Positions 11,693 through 22,260 of a DNA stretch of 64,000 nt are shown here, piece after piece. The DNA is from Calditrichia bacterium (GTDB lineage Bacteria; Calditrichota; Calditrichia; JAJRVZ01). Positions within the stretch are counted from its first letter, which is position 1. Each line of letters starts with the position of its first letter. The stretch lies in NCBI GenBank assembly GCA_963777955.1, contig CAVZSQ010000018.1:117174-181173 (forward strand). Reading direction: 5' to 3'. The position numbers and the translations under genes were made by a program. The notes beneath the pieces are model-generated. The model saw only the letters and a program-made list of their open reading frames with translations, searched no databases and had not been told where the DNA came from.

Positions 11693-12472
11693 ATGAAGGG
11701 GAAGATATTGAAAAAGTGTATTATTCTGTTACTGATCACTGTAATCTATCTGGGCTGTGGTGGAAAACAACCGGAGCCGAACTGGACAGCCGAGGAGTAT
11801 TTCCGCTATGCCAAGGAAAAATATGACGATGAAGATTATCTTGAAGCGGCTAATGATTTCACGGTAGTGATCCTGCGTTTTGCCGGCAGTACCGTCGCCG
11901 ACAGCGCCCAGTATTACATCGGCTGTTCTCATTTTTATATGGACGAGTATATCATTTCCGCGGCTGAATTTGAAAAACTGATCAACAGTATGGCGCAGAG
12001 CCCGCTGGTTCCGGATGCCCAGTATATGCTGGCCGAAAGTAATTATCAGATGTCTCCCCGTGCATCGCTTGACCAGGAATATACCATAAAAGCGCTGCGC
12101 GAATTTCAGACCTTTGTCGAAGAATATCCGTTACATAAACAGCGCACGGCAGCCGAGAAAAAACTTGCCGAATTACGGGAAAAACTGGCATATAAACAAT
12201 GGTTGAATGCCGAGTTATACCGCAAGATGCGGGAATACAGTTCAAGCCTGATTTATTACGATGTCATTATCAATCAGTATTATGACACAGATTATGCCGA
12301 AAAAGCACTGTTCGGCAAAACACTGGTATATATGGATATGGAGGAATATCAGAAAGCCAGGGAGCAGATCCTGTTCTTTAAAGATAAATTCCCCGGCAGT
12401 GAACTGCGGGAGTCAGCTGAAAAAAATCTTCAAAAAGTTATTGAGCAACTTGAGCAGCAAAATAAAAAATAG
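11693..12472 (+). CDS. bamD: Outer membrane protein assembly factor BamD
   Basis: Lipobox YLGC, TPR repeats, SP..LDQEYTIKALREFQTFVEEYP, LAYK. Confidence 0.88.
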   Translation: MKGKILKKCIILLLITVIYLGCGGKQPEPNWTAEEYFRYAKEKYDDEDYLEAANDFTVVILRFAGSTVADSAQYYIGCSHFYMDEYIISAAEFEKLINSMAQSPLVPDAQYMLAESNYQMSPRASLDQEYTIKALREFQTFVEEYPLHKQRTAAEKKLAELREKLAYKQWLNAELYRKMREYSSSLIYYDVIINQYYDTDYAEKALFGKTLVYMDMEEYQKAREQILFFKDKFPGSELRESAEKNLQKVIEQLEQQNKK

Positions 12473-13052
12473 AGTGGGTATATTTGGTGGCACATTCGAT
12501 CCTCCTCATAATGCACACCTCCGGCTGGCCCGCTTTGCCATCAGGCAACTGCAACTGGATTGCCTGTATTTCGTACCTGCGGCGATCCATGCCCTGAAGA
12601 AAAACCGCATCACCCCCGTAGCACTGCGTTATGAAATGCTGCAAGCTGCCATTGGCAAAGCCGCCAGGTTGCGTCTGAGCCGCATCGAAATGGATCGGTC
12701 CGATATTTCCTACTCTATCGATACAATTAAGCACTTTAAACAGTATGAACATCTGAGTATCCATACTGAACTCTATTTTTTATTAGGTCTGGATAATTTA
12801 AATGAATTGCATCTCTGGAAAGATCCTCAGTTAATTTTTAAATTAGCCAGGGTGGTTGTGTTCAACCGTTCCGGAGAGCGGGTTCAGCGGATAATTGACC
12901 GATTTCCCCGGATAATGTTTCTGGACAGTCCTTTATATGATATTTCCGCCACGGCTATTCGCAGCAAAATAAAATCCGGGGAAGCGGTAACGGATCTGAT
13001 CCCGGCCAGGGTCTGGAAGATAATCAAGGAAAATAATTTGTACCGCGGATAG
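12441..13052 (+). CDS. nadD: Nicotinate-nucleotide adenylyltransferase (start TTG at 12441 or 12450)
   Basis: GIFGGTFDPPHNAH, SYSIDT, FLLGLD, ISATAIR, IKENNLY. Confidence 0.92.
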   Translation: MSNLSSKIKNRVGIFGGTFDPPHNAHLRLARFAIRQLQLDCLYFVPAAIHALKKNRITPVALRYEMLQAAIGKAARLRLSRIEMDRSDISYSIDTIKHFKQYEHLSIHTELYFLLGLDNLNELHLWKDPQLIFKLARVVVFNRSGERVQRIIDRFPRIMFLDSPLYDISATAIRSKIKSGEAVTDLIPARVWKIIKENNLYRG

Positions 13053-13103
13053 CGATCTGACAAGCCATTAAACTTTAAACCGGATTCAGCCGATTATAGG
13101 CAA

Positions 13104-13964
13104 ATGAAGAAAAAATTAAAAATTGCTCTGGCTCAAATCGATTGTCACCTGGCAGATATCGACGCTAATCTGGCCAAGCACCTGCATTATATCGATGCAG
13201 CGATCAAGGCTAAAGCCGATGTGATAATGTTTCCCGAATTATCTCTGACCGGTTATTCGTTGAAAGACGCTGTCTTTGATGTAGCCCTCCCGGTACAGGA
13301 TAAAAAATTGGCGGCTCTTTATGAAAAGAGCAAGCGCATCAGCATTTGTTTCGGCCTGGTTGAATTAACCGAAAACTTTGAAGCAAAAAATACTCTGATG
13401 TTTCTGGAAGACGGTGAAATTGTTTCCAAGCACCGCAAAGTTTATTTACCCACCTACGGTGTATTTGAGGAGAAGCGATATTTCACCGCCGGGAACCGTT
13501 TCCGTGCTTTCGATAGTAAACTGGGTCGGCTGGGCATGTTGATTTGCGAAGACATGTGGCATCCTACTTCCACTATGATTGTCGCTCTCGACGGAGCACT
13601 GGCTATATTTGTCAGTTCCGCCGGTATATTTCGGGGTGTACAACCGGCCGGTAAAGCAGATAATATCGAGGTCTGGGAAAATCTGAACCGGACTTCGGCG
13701 CATCTGTTCACCAGTTATTTCATTTTTTGTAACCGGGTTGGTTTTGAAGACGGTTTGTTATTCTGGGGAGGTTCAGAAGTAATCGATCCTCATGGGAAAA
13801 TGGTAGCCAAGGCCCCTTATTACCAGGAACATCTGTTGCTCGCCGAGATTGACGGTCTGAAACTTAAACATGCCCGGATTCATACCACTTTACTCAGTGA
13901 TGAGAGGATTGACCTGGTGATCGAAGAACTACAGCGGATTTCCATGGCAACCAAAGAATATTGA
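13104..13964 (+). CDS. Carbon-nitrogen hydrolase, NAD synthetase glutaminase-like
   Basis: Nitrilase triad FPELSLTGY / HRKVYLPTYGVFEEKRYF / ICEDMW. Confidence 0.85.
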   Translation: MKKKLKIALAQIDCHLADIDANLAKHLHYIDAAIKAKADVIMFPELSLTGYSLKDAVFDVALPVQDKKLAALYEKSKRISICFGLVELTENFEAKNTLMFLEDGEIVSKHRKVYLPTYGVFEEKRYFTAGNRFRAFDSKLGRLGMLICEDMWHPTSTMIVALDGALAIFVSSAGIFRGVQPAGKADNIEVWENLNRTSAHLFTSYFIFCNRVGFEDGLLFWGGSEVIDPHGKMVAKAPYYQEHLLLAEIDGLKLKHARIHTTLLSDERIDLVIEELQRISMATKEY

Positions 13965-14011
13965 TCATGCCGGGAATATATGGTTTTGAGTATTAGAAAC
14001 GGAGATACAGT

Positions 14012-15079
14012 ATGATTTATGCCATTACGGCTCCTGACAAACAGGTTTCAGCGCTCTGCGAACAACTTAAGACCAGAAATTTGGCAGTGGCCACTTTTGA
14101 CAATCTTTTCGAATTTAAGCGCCGGTTGGCCAAAGAAAAACCTGTTCTGGTCCTGGTCGCTGATAATTTAAAAGAAAAGAATGCCATAGACCTGCTCGGC
14201 GGGATAAAAGGGATGGAAGAAATGAACAATGTGCCGATCATCGGTATGGTCACCAGCGAAGATACGAAAATCGGCACAGCCTTCCTGCAAAATGGCGCGG
14301 TTGACTCAGTGCAGGAACCCTTCAATCCGGATGAGGTAATCGCCCGGATTGAACTGCGTATCCATGAAACGCAACTCAAGCAACGTTTTACCGCCTCACA
14401 GTTCTTCTGGAATGAAGCCCAGGAGAAGGAACAGGTGAAACGAACCGGCGTCTTTCGCTTCTATGATGCTCATAATACGGAAGTCGGACTGATTGCCATA
14501 AAAGAGGGCCGGATGGTATTCGCTACCTATGGTTCCTTGATCAAAGAGGATGCCTTTTTACAACTGGCCTGTAACGAAACACTGCGGTTTGTCTTCAGTG
14601 ATATGGAGGATGTACCCCTTTCCAACATTAATGTGGGTATTACCAATCTGCTGATGGAAGCTGCAAAACTGAAGGACGAAATCAAAAAACAGGAAGGGGA
14701 GTCGCTGGACGAAGTTAAAGTGCTGGTCATAGATGAAAACCGTATTGCCCGCATCATGGTCACCCGGACGTTGAAGAATGTCGGCTTTGTGTACAAAGTG
14801 ACCGGTCCCGAAGAAATGACGGTACGATTTATGGCCAATTTTGCTCCACATCTGCTGATTCTGGACTATCAAAATTCTGCCAAAATTCTCGATATGCTCT
14901 GGCCATCCCAGCGTACTGAAAAAGATATTCCTGTAATTATTTATTGCGATGAGGATATTAAAGACCTAAATTTCGACAAAATCGGCAACCATTATATCAC
15001 CGCAGCTGTCTATAAAAGCAAATTTCACGAAGAATTAACGTCACTGTTACAAAAAGCGAAAGTTGTAGCGGTAAAATAA
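14012..15079 (+). CDS. Receiver-DUF4388-like-receiver signalling protein
   Basis: N-terminal atypical REC ending GAVDSVQEPFNPDEVIARI; central RTGVFRF..GLIAIKEGRMVFA..NLLMEAAKLKDE; C-terminal REC VLVIDE..LLILD. Confidence 0.7.
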   Translation: MIYAITAPDKQVSALCEQLKTRNLAVATFDNLFEFKRRLAKEKPVLVLVADNLKEKNAIDLLGGIKGMEEMNNVPIIGMVTSEDTKIGTAFLQNGAVDSVQEPFNPDEVIARIELRIHETQLKQRFTASQFFWNEAQEKEQVKRTGVFRFYDAHNTEVGLIAIKEGRMVFATYGSLIKEDAFLQLACNETLRFVFSDMEDVPLSNINVGITNLLMEAAKLKDEIKKQEGESLDEVKVLVIDENRIARIMVTRTLKNVGFVYKVTGPEEMTVRFMANFAPHLLILDYQNSAKILDMLWPSQRTEKDIPVIIYCDEDIKDLNFDKIGNHYITAAVYKSKFHEELTSLLQKAKVVAVK

Positions 15080-15095
15080 GTATGGAGGAGGCTAG

Positions 15096-15596
15096 ATGGA
15101 TCTAAGAGAGATTCGCCAGTTGATCAAAATGGTAGAAGGCGCGAACATCGGAGAACTGGAAGTCGAAGAACGGGGAAAGAAGATCCGCATCAGCAAACAA
15201 AATAAACCTAACGGGGAAACAATAATGGTTGGGAATCCCGGACTTCATGCTTATAGTGCCCCGGTACCTTTCCCCGTTATCACTCCGCTGCCCGATGCGG
15301 TCAAAACCACATCAGCGGCGGCGGAAGATACTAAACCGGCTCCGGCTCAGGCGGCAAATATCAAAGAATTCCGCTCACCGATGGTTGGGACCTTTTACCG
15401 GGCTCCTTCCCCGGATGCAACCCCTTATGTAGAAATGGGACAATATGTTAAAACCGGACAAACTCTGTGCATTATTGAAGCCATGAAGTTAATGAATGAG
15501 TTGGAAGCGGACTATGATGGTAAAATTGTCAAAATCATGGTAGAAAATGCCCAACCGGTTGAGTATAATCAACCCTTGTTTCTTATCGAGACCTGA
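15096..15596 (+). CDS. accB: Acetyl-CoA carboxylase biotin carboxyl carrier protein
   Basis: [23 protein letters not shown]. Confidence 0.97.
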   Translation: MDLREIRQLIKMVEGANIGELEVEERGKKIRISKQNKPNGETIMVGNPGLHAYSAPVPFPVITPLPDAVKTTSAAAEDTKPAPAQAANIKEFRSPMVGTFYRAPSPDATPYVEMGQYVKTGQTLCIIEAMKLMNELEADYDGKIVKIMVENAQPVEYNQPLFLIET

Positions 15597-15803
15597 CCGG
15601 ACTGCTTCTCCCTGCATATAATTTAAATTCTCCTCTTTTCCCTGTTTAAGACGGAAATTTTTAAAATCTGTTCTTTAAAAATTCATGAAAATTATTAAAT
15701 TAGTCGCTATATTAGTACCCGGTTAATTTTATAAAAATCATATCAGCAAGCGGGAGTGCAGTGCCTGTGGATACTCCAGCTGATTAATTAGCGAGGTAGT
15801 GGT

Positions 15804-17151
15804 TTGTTCAATAAAGTTCTGGTCGCTAACCGCGGTGAAATTGCCCTGCGGATTATACGGGCCTGTCAGGAATTGGGCATTAAAACAGTAGCGGTTTATT
15901 CAGAAGCGGATGTCGATTCTCTGCATGTACGCTTTGCTGATGAAGTAGTCTGCATTGGTCCTCCACCCAGCAGTGAGAGTTACCTGAATATGGCCCGCAT
16001 TATTTCCGCAGCGGAGATAACGGGCGCGGATGCCATTCATCCCGGTTACGGTTTTCTGGCCGAAAATCCTGAATTTGCCGAAATCTGTGCATCCTGTGAT
16101 TTAACTTTCATCGGACCCAGTGCCGAAGTGATCCGGAAAATGGGCGACAAGGCCGTCGCCAAAGAAACCATGAAAGCCGCGGGTGTCCCGGTAATTCCGG
16201 GCAGCAAGGGAGTTTTATCCAGCCTGGACGAGGCCAAGGTCCTGGCTAATCAGATCGGTTATCCGGTAATGCTGAAGGCAGTGGCCGGCGGAGGCGGCCG
16301 GGGAATGCGCAATGTGTACAGCGAAGATCAGTTGGAAATGAATTATATGATGGCCAGTGCCGAAGCCTGAGGGCGCATTTGGGAATGCCAATCTCTACCT
16401 TGAAAAATTGTTATTTAATCCCAGGCACATCGAAATCCAGGTAATCGGGGATAGTCACGGAAATGTAGTGCATTTTGGAGAACGGGAATGCTCCATCCAG
16501 CGCCGCCATCAGAAATTGCTGGAAGAGGCACCCTCAGCGATAGTAGATGCCGAACTGCGCCAGCGCATGGGTGAACTGGCGATACGCGGGTGCAAAGATG
16601 TAAAGTATATCGGGGTCGGAACTATTGAATTCCTTCTGGATGACGACCATAATTTTTATTTTATGGAGATGAATACACGTATTCAGGTCGAGCATCCGGT
16701 TACTGAAATGGTTTATAATTGCGATCTGGTTAAAGATCAGATCCGGGTGGCCGCAGGGGAAAAATTGGGGTATGATCAATCCGAGATAAAAATGTATGGT
16801 CATGCCATTGAATGCCGGATCAATGCGGAAGACTGGCAGCGAAATTTCCTGCCCAGCCCCGGAGAGATCGAGACGGTGCATTTCCCGGGCGGTCCCGGTA
16901 TCCGCGTGGATACGCATATCTATTCCAAATACCGCATACCCCCCAATTATGATTCACTGGTGGCCAAATTAATTGCTTTCGGCAAGAATCGCCAGGAAGC
17001 AATTATGCGGCTGCGGCGGTCGCTCGATGAGTTTATCATCGAAGGCATTAAAACTACTATTCCTTTTCACCGGCGCTTAATCGATCATGAAGATTTTATC
17101 AAGGCAAATTTCAATATAGGATTTTTAGAAAAAACAAATTTGCAGCAATAA
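15804..17151 (+). CDS. accC: Acetyl-CoA carboxylase biotin carboxylase (one frameshift near 16367)
   Basis: [45 protein letters not shown] across two frames. Confidence 0.95.
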
Positions 17152-17161
17152 GGGAGGATAA

Positions 17162-17545
17162 ATGAATATCCCGGCTGAATTACGCTATACGGATCAGCAC
17201 GAGTGGGCCAGGAAAGACGGAAAGTATATTCTGGTTGGTATAACCGATTATGCCCAGGGACAACTGGGCGATGTGGTCTATGTGGATCTGCCGCAAGTGG
17301 GAAAAAGATTTAAACAACATGCTTCTTTTGGCACCATTGAAGCCGTCAAGGCTGCTGCCGACTTATACAGTCCGGTCAGCGGTGAAATTGTCGAGGTAAA
17401 TCAGAAATTAAGCGAACAACCGGAAGTGATCAATAAGGATCCCTACGGTGCCGGCTGGATGGTAAAATTTAAAGCAGATGATGAAGGTGACTTCGCTAAG
17501 TTGATGGACGCCGGGGCTTACCAGAAACATGTGGGTAAATCCTGA
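17162..17545 (+). CDS. gcvH: Glycine cleavage system H protein
   Basis: HEW, GITDYAQGQLGDVVYVDLP, EAVKAAAD lipoyl-Lys, DPYGAGW. Confidence 0.96.
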   Translation: MNIPAELRYTDQHEWARKDGKYILVGITDYAQGQLGDVVYVDLPQVGKRFKQHASFGTIEAVKAAADLYSPVSGEIVEVNQKLSEQPEVINKDPYGAGWMVKFKADDEGDFAKLMDAGAYQKHVGKS

Positions 17546-17577
17546 GCAGGGCCGTTAAAAGAGCAGGGAATTCAACT

Positions 17578-18903
17578 ATGCCATTTCTGACCAATTCAGA
17601 AACTGATATCCGGGAGATGTTACAGGCCATCGGCGTGCAAAATTTTGAACAATTAATTGCCGGCATTCCGGCTGAACTCAGGTTTAAGGGTAAATTAAAT
17701 ATACCCCCGGCAATATCCGAACTTGAAGTCCAGAATGTAGTCGAGCAGATCGGCGCCAGAAATCATCCGGGAATTTCCTTCATGGGTGGCGGGGTATATG
17801 ATCATTATATACCGGCTATAATTGATGCACTGGTCAGCCGTTCGGAGTTTTATACTGCCTATACCCCCTATCAACCGGAAGTGAGCCAGGGTACCCTGCA
17901 GGCAATTTATGAATTTCAATCCATGATCTGTGAATTGACCCGGCTGGATGTAACGAATGCCTCCATGTACGAGGGGGGATCCGCTCTGGCCGAGGCGATG
18001 CTGTTAGCCTGTGCTCATACCGGCCGGAAAAAAGTACTGGTCGCCGGAACAATAAATTACCGCTATCGGGCTGTCCTGGAATCCTATATCCGGCATAATC
18101 AAATCGAATTACTGCCACTGCCGGTCGAAGGTTTTCAAATTGATCTGCAGGGGTTGAGCGCACAGATCAACAGTGAAGTGGCTGCGGTTATAGTGCAGCA
18201 TCCTAATTATTTTGGCTTTCTGGAAGAAGTTTTCGAAATCGCTGAAATATGCCGGCAGAATAATGTCCTCTTTATCGTTTATTATGATCCGATCTCACTG
18301 GGTTTGTTGGAACCGCCGGGCGGATATGGAGCGGATATCGCCATAGCCGAAGGCCAGGCACTGGGTAACCGGCAAAATTTTGGCGGACCGTTGATCGGAC
18401 TCTTCTCGACGCGGATAGAATTAATCCGGAAGGTACCCGGTAGATTATCCGGTCTGACCCGGGATGCCGATGGTAAACCCGGATTTGTCCTGACCCTGCA
18501 AACACGTGAACAACATATCCGCCGTGAAAAAGCGACCTCGAATATTTGTACCAACTCGGGCTTGCTGGCGCTGATCAATACCATATATCTGGCCACGATG
18601 GGCAAACAGGGTCTGAAGGAAGTAGCGTCACTGTGCCTGCAGAAAAGCCATTATCTGGCCAACGGTCTGACCAGGATCAGAGGGATTTCACTGGTTAGCC
18701 AGGCGCCGTTTTTCAAAGAATTTACCGTCAGGTTGCCGGTAGCCGCCAAAAAAGTTTTAGCGGCTTTACAGAATGCCGGCATCACCGGTGGAATAAGCCT
18801 GGATAAAATCGGATTTAAAAATCAACTTTTGATTGCAGTGACTGAAAAACGAACCCGGGCGGAAATGGATAATTATATCAAAATTGTGAAGAAGGTGTTG
18901 TAA
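17578..18903 (+). CDS. gcvPA: Glycine dehydrogenase (decarboxylating) subunit 1
   Basis: EFYTAYTPYQPEVSQGTLQ, NASMYEG, TREQHIRREKATSNICTN. Confidence 0.96.
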   Translation: MPFLTNSETDIREMLQAIGVQNFEQLIAGIPAELRFKGKLNIPPAISELEVQNVVEQIGARNHPGISFMGGGVYDHYIPAIIDALVSRSEFYTAYTPYQPEVSQGTLQAIYEFQSMICELTRLDVTNASMYEGGSALAEAMLLACAHTGRKKVLVAGTINYRYRAVLESYIRHNQIELLPLPVEGFQIDLQGLSAQINSEVAAVIVQHPNYFGFLEEVFEIAEICRQNNVLFIVYYDPISLGLLEPPGGYGADIAIAEGQALGNRQNFGGPLIGLFSTRIELIRKVPGRLSGLTRDADGKPGFVLTLQTREQHIRREKATSNICTNSGLLALINTIYLATMGKQGLKEVASLCLQKSHYLANGLTRIRGISLVSQAPFFKEFTVRLPVAAKKVLAALQNAGITGGISLDKIGFKNQLLIAVTEKRTRAEMDNYIKIVKKVL

Positions 18904-18906
18904 TCT

Positions 18907-19935
18907 ATGCCGAAGATCCTGATAGTCGATGACAATTATGATATGCTGGACACACTGGAACATCTGTTTTCCTTTTACCAGTTCGATGTGATCAGAGCAG
19001 ATAACGGTAAGAAAGGGGTGGAAGTTGCCGAGAAGCAACTCCCCGATATTATCCTGCTTGATGCCTACATGCCGGTCATGGATGGTTTTGAAGCCTGTAA
19101 GATTCTTAAGAAAAAACGTAAAACCAAGCAGATACCGATTGTATTTCTGACAGCCAAATATCTGGATCCCGGGGACCGGGAGAGCGGAATGCAACTGGGT
19201 GCCGACGATTATATGGTCAAGCCGTTTAACTCCAAGGAACTGGTCAACCGGATTAAAACTATTTTAAAGAAAAAACAAATGATTTCAGCCCTGAAACAGG
19301 AGAACGAAGATCTGGCCCGTAAACAGGCGCAAATCTTACACCCGGTGGCTGTGGAAGAACCGGCAGCGTTCAGGATTGAAGAAAATTTTACCATTGATCC
19401 ATTGACCGGATTATATAGTAAAAGGTATATCCTGAACCGGTTAAAAGAAGAATTTCACCGGGCCATGCGCTACGAGTTACCCCTTTCTTTTTTAATGATC
19501 GATGTAGATGGCTTCGCGCGTATAAACGATAATTTCGGTTTTCAGGCCGGAGATTATGTATTATTGAAAATGGCCAATATTATTCTTACCCATACCAGGC
19601 TTTCGGATATCGTGGCCAGATATGAAGGAGCGAATTTCCTGGTTATTTTACCGGAAACCGATGTACAGGGCGGCTATTTTGAAGCAGAACGATTACGAAT
19701 TGCTCTGGGACAAACGAATTACATCGAAGATTTTCTTCTGGACATTCAGAGTACTAAACCGCGCAAGCGTTCCGCCGAGGTGGATAATCTGACGGTAAGT
19801 ATCGGCTTTGCTACCTATCCCATGGAGAACGAAATTGCCACGGAAAAGGATCTGCTGCGGATTGCCAGAATGGCCCTGGATAGGGCAAAACTCGCGGGTA
19901 GAAACAAAACAAAATCCTTTGACAAGTCGGAATAA
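18907..19935 (+). CDS. Response regulator with degenerate GGDEF domain (REC, coiled coil, GGDEF-like)
   Basis: REC ILIVDD/DIILLD/KPF; DPLTGLY; RLSDIVARYEGANF (I-site RxxD kept, GGEEF lost); AKLAGRNK. Confidence 0.88.
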   Translation: MPKILIVDDNYDMLDTLEHLFSFYQFDVIRADNGKKGVEVAEKQLPDIILLDAYMPVMDGFEACKILKKKRKTKQIPIVFLTAKYLDPGDRESGMQLGADDYMVKPFNSKELVNRIKTILKKKQMISALKQENEDLARKQAQILHPVAVEEPAAFRIEENFTIDPLTGLYSKRYILNRLKEEFHRAMRYELPLSFLMIDVDGFARINDNFGFQAGDYVLLKMANIILTHTRLSDIVARYEGANFLVILPETDVQGGYFEAERLRIALGQTNYIEDFLLDIQSTKPRKRSAEVDNLTVSIGFATYPMENEIATEKDLLRIARMALDRAKLAGRNKTKSFDKSE

Positions 19936-19948
19936 TCCGAGACCAGTT

Positions 19949-21406
19949 ATGTACCGTAAACTAATTTTCGATTTAAGTAAAGCCGGCAGAAGAGGGCACT
20001 ATCTGCCTGCCTGTGATGTGCCCGAGCATCCTGTGGCCCGCCTGCTGGGAGAAAAATATTTGCGAAAAAAGGATGCAGAACTGCCGCAGGTTGCTGAGAA
20101 TGAAATCGTCCGCCATTATACAGCCCTGTCGGCACTGAATCATCATGTGGATAAGGCCTTGTATCCCCTGGGCAGTTGTACCATGAAATACAATCCTAAG
20201 ATCAATGAGAAACTGGCCGCCCTGCCGTCCTTCGCCAATCTTCATCCCGATCAACCGTTCAGCGAGGTTCAGGGCGCCCTGCAGATCATGTACGAATTAC
20301 AGGAGTTTTTAAAGGCCATCACCGGTTTGGCCGGAGTTTCACTGCAACCGGCAGCCGGTGCTCATGGTGAATTGGTGGGTTTATTGATGATGCAGCAGTA
20401 TCATAAAAATAAACGCCGGCACCGCCAAACAGTGCTTATTCCGGATTCCGCTCATGGCACCAATCCCGCCAGCGCCGCTATCGCCGGATTTAAAATCGAA
20501 ACGGTAAAATCCAATGAACATGGTCTGGTAGATATCAGTGATCTGCGCGCCAGGGTGAATTCCGATGTGGCCGGATTGATGCTGACCAATCCGAATACCC
20601 TGGGTCTGTTCGAACAGCAAATCAGGGAAATCAAATCGATTCTGGAGCAGGTGGACGCTATTTTCTATATGGATGGCGCCAACATGAATGCCTTATTCGG
20701 GATTGTGCGGCCCGGTGATATGGGATTTGATGTAATGCATCTGAACCTGCATAAGAGTTTTTCCACGCCCCACGGCAGCGGAGGACCCGGAACCGGCCCG
20801 GTAGCGGCCAGCCGCAAGTTGGTAAAATATTTGCCTTATCCGCTGGTTAAATTCGACGGGCGGAAATATTTCCTCAGTGAAGCCGATGATCAAAGCATCG
20901 GCCGGATTCATAGTTTTTACGGGAATTTTGCCCTGCTGCTGCGGGCTTATATTTATATTCGTCTGACCGGAGCCGAAGGTTTCCCCAGGATATCCGAACA
21001 TGCCATCATCAATGCCAATTATCTTTATAGCCGGCTCAAAGATCATTATGAATTGGGTTATCCATCGCGGCCCATGCACGAATTCGTACTGTCAGCCGAG
21101 AAACAACATGAACGGGGGGCCAGAGCCCTGGATATCGCCAAGCGGGTGCTCGATTTCGGTCTGCATCCGCCGACTATCTATTTCCCGCTCATTGTAAAAG
21201 AAGCAATGATGATTGAACCTACCGAGACCGAGAGTAAGGAGATGCTGGATTATTTTGCCGATATTTTAATCCGCATTGATGAAGAGATCAAAACCGATCC
21301 GCAGATTTTACAGGCGGCCCCTTATCAGACACCGGTCCGGCGTCTCGATGAAGCGCAGGCAGCGCGTATGCTCAATGTGAATTATTTTAAAAAAGTAACG
21401 ACCTGA
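19949..21406 (+). CDS. gcvPB: Glycine dehydrogenase (decarboxylating) subunit 2
   Basis: YPLGSCTMKYNPK, QPAAGAHGE, SAHGTNPAS, HLNLHKSFSTPHG; ATG at 19949. Confidence 0.96.
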   Translation: MYRKLIFDLSKAGRRGHYLPACDVPEHPVARLLGEKYLRKKDAELPQVAENEIVRHYTALSALNHHVDKALYPLGSCTMKYNPKINEKLAALPSFANLHPDQPFSEVQGALQIMYELQEFLKAITGLAGVSLQPAAGAHGELVGLLMMQQYHKNKRRHRQTVLIPDSAHGTNPASAAIAGFKIETVKSNEHGLVDISDLRARVNSDVAGLMLTNPNTLGLFEQQIREIKSILEQVDAIFYMDGANMNALFGIVRPGDMGFDVMHLNLHKSFSTPHGSGGPGTGPVAASRKLVKYLPYPLVKFDGRKYFLSEADDQSIGRIHSFYGNFALLLRAYIYIRLTGAEGFPRISEHAIINANYLYSRLKDHYELGYPSRPMHEFVLSAEKQHERGARALDIAKRVLDFGLHPPTIYFPLIVKEAMMIEPTETESKEMLDYFADILIRIDEEIKTDPQILQAAPYQTPVRRLDEAQAARMLNVNYFKKVTT

Positions 21407-21468
21407 ACTAACCGTCAAAAGAATTGTGCCGATATTAAAATAAATAAGTGATCAGCTGGGAGTTATGA

Positions 21469-22197
21469 ATGGCTAAAAAGATATTGATCGTCGATGATAA
21501 TCCAAATGTACTGAAATTGCTGAATATCAGTCTGTCCAAGGCCGGCTATACCATGGTAGAGGCGGAAAACGGGGAAGTGGCCTTTCAAATGGCCAACAAG
21601 GAAAAACCTGATCTGATTATTTCCGATATCATGATGCCCCAGATGGATGGTATTGAATTATGCTGGATGATCAGGGAGAATTCGGAAGTACCGCTGGTAC
21701 CTTTTATTTTCCTGACCTCTTTCGACGATCAGGAAATGGAAATCCGCGGTTTCAGGGCCGGTGCCGATGAGTACCTGAATAAACCGATAGATCGTAAAGA
21801 GTTGTTGGAGCGGGTCGAAGAACTATTAAATCGTACCGAGAAACTCAAAACTATCGATGATACTTCCGATACCAAGAAGGCCTTTGAAGGGGATCTGAAG
21901 GATTTGAGCATCGTGGAACTGGTGCAGATGCTGAACCTGAATAAAAAGAGCGGCGTGCTGCATATTGACGGCCCGGTTAAAGGGGAAATTTTCCTCAAGG
22001 ACGGACAATTGATCGGTGCACAGACTAAGACCAAACAGGGCGAAGAAGCGGTATATGAACTGGTAACTTTCGTCGATGGTACATTTAAATTTGAAATGTT
22101 AGATAAAAATCTTACCAAAAATGTTTCCAACAGTACCATGAATGTGATCATGGAAGCCTGCCGTATAATGGATGAAAACCGGCATAGTGGTGAGTAA
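21469..22197 (+). CDS. Response regulator with C-terminal DUF4388 (PatA_N-like) domain
   Basis: Canonical REC (ILIVDD, ISDIMMP, KP); GDLKDLSIVELVQMLNLNKKSGVL..GEIFLKDG..IMEACRIMDE. Confidence 0.88.
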   Translation: MAKKILIVDDNPNVLKLLNISLSKAGYTMVEAENGEVAFQMANKEKPDLIISDIMMPQMDGIELCWMIRENSEVPLVPFIFLTSFDDQEMEIRGFRAGADEYLNKPIDRKELLERVEELLNRTEKLKTIDDTSDTKKAFEGDLKDLSIVELVQMLNLNKKSGVLHIDGPVKGEIFLKDGQLIGAQTKTKQGEEAVYELVTFVDGTFKFEMLDKNLTKNVSNSTMNVIMEACRIMDENRHSGE

Positions 22198-22260
22198 AAA
22201 TCATTCGCAGACTTGCTTATCTAATACCGAATAATTAAATTTGAAACTTTGAAAAAATTC

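Noticed and set aside
12261-12440. N-terminal extension of nadD, and similarly of gcvPB from 19808
   Set aside because: These overlap the upstream genes; family similarity starts at 12441-12450 and 19949 respectively
15597-15803. Possible structured RNA between accB and accC
   Set aside because: Only weak complementarity, and no riboswitch or ncRNA consensus recognised; more likely a promoter region
16340-16390. Programmed frameshift or genuinely split accC
   Set aside because: No slippery sequence is evident; a single extra base fits the error pattern seen across the window
17162-21406. Absence of gcvT from the gcv cluster
   Set aside because: gcvT is often encoded elsewhere; this cannot be judged from one window
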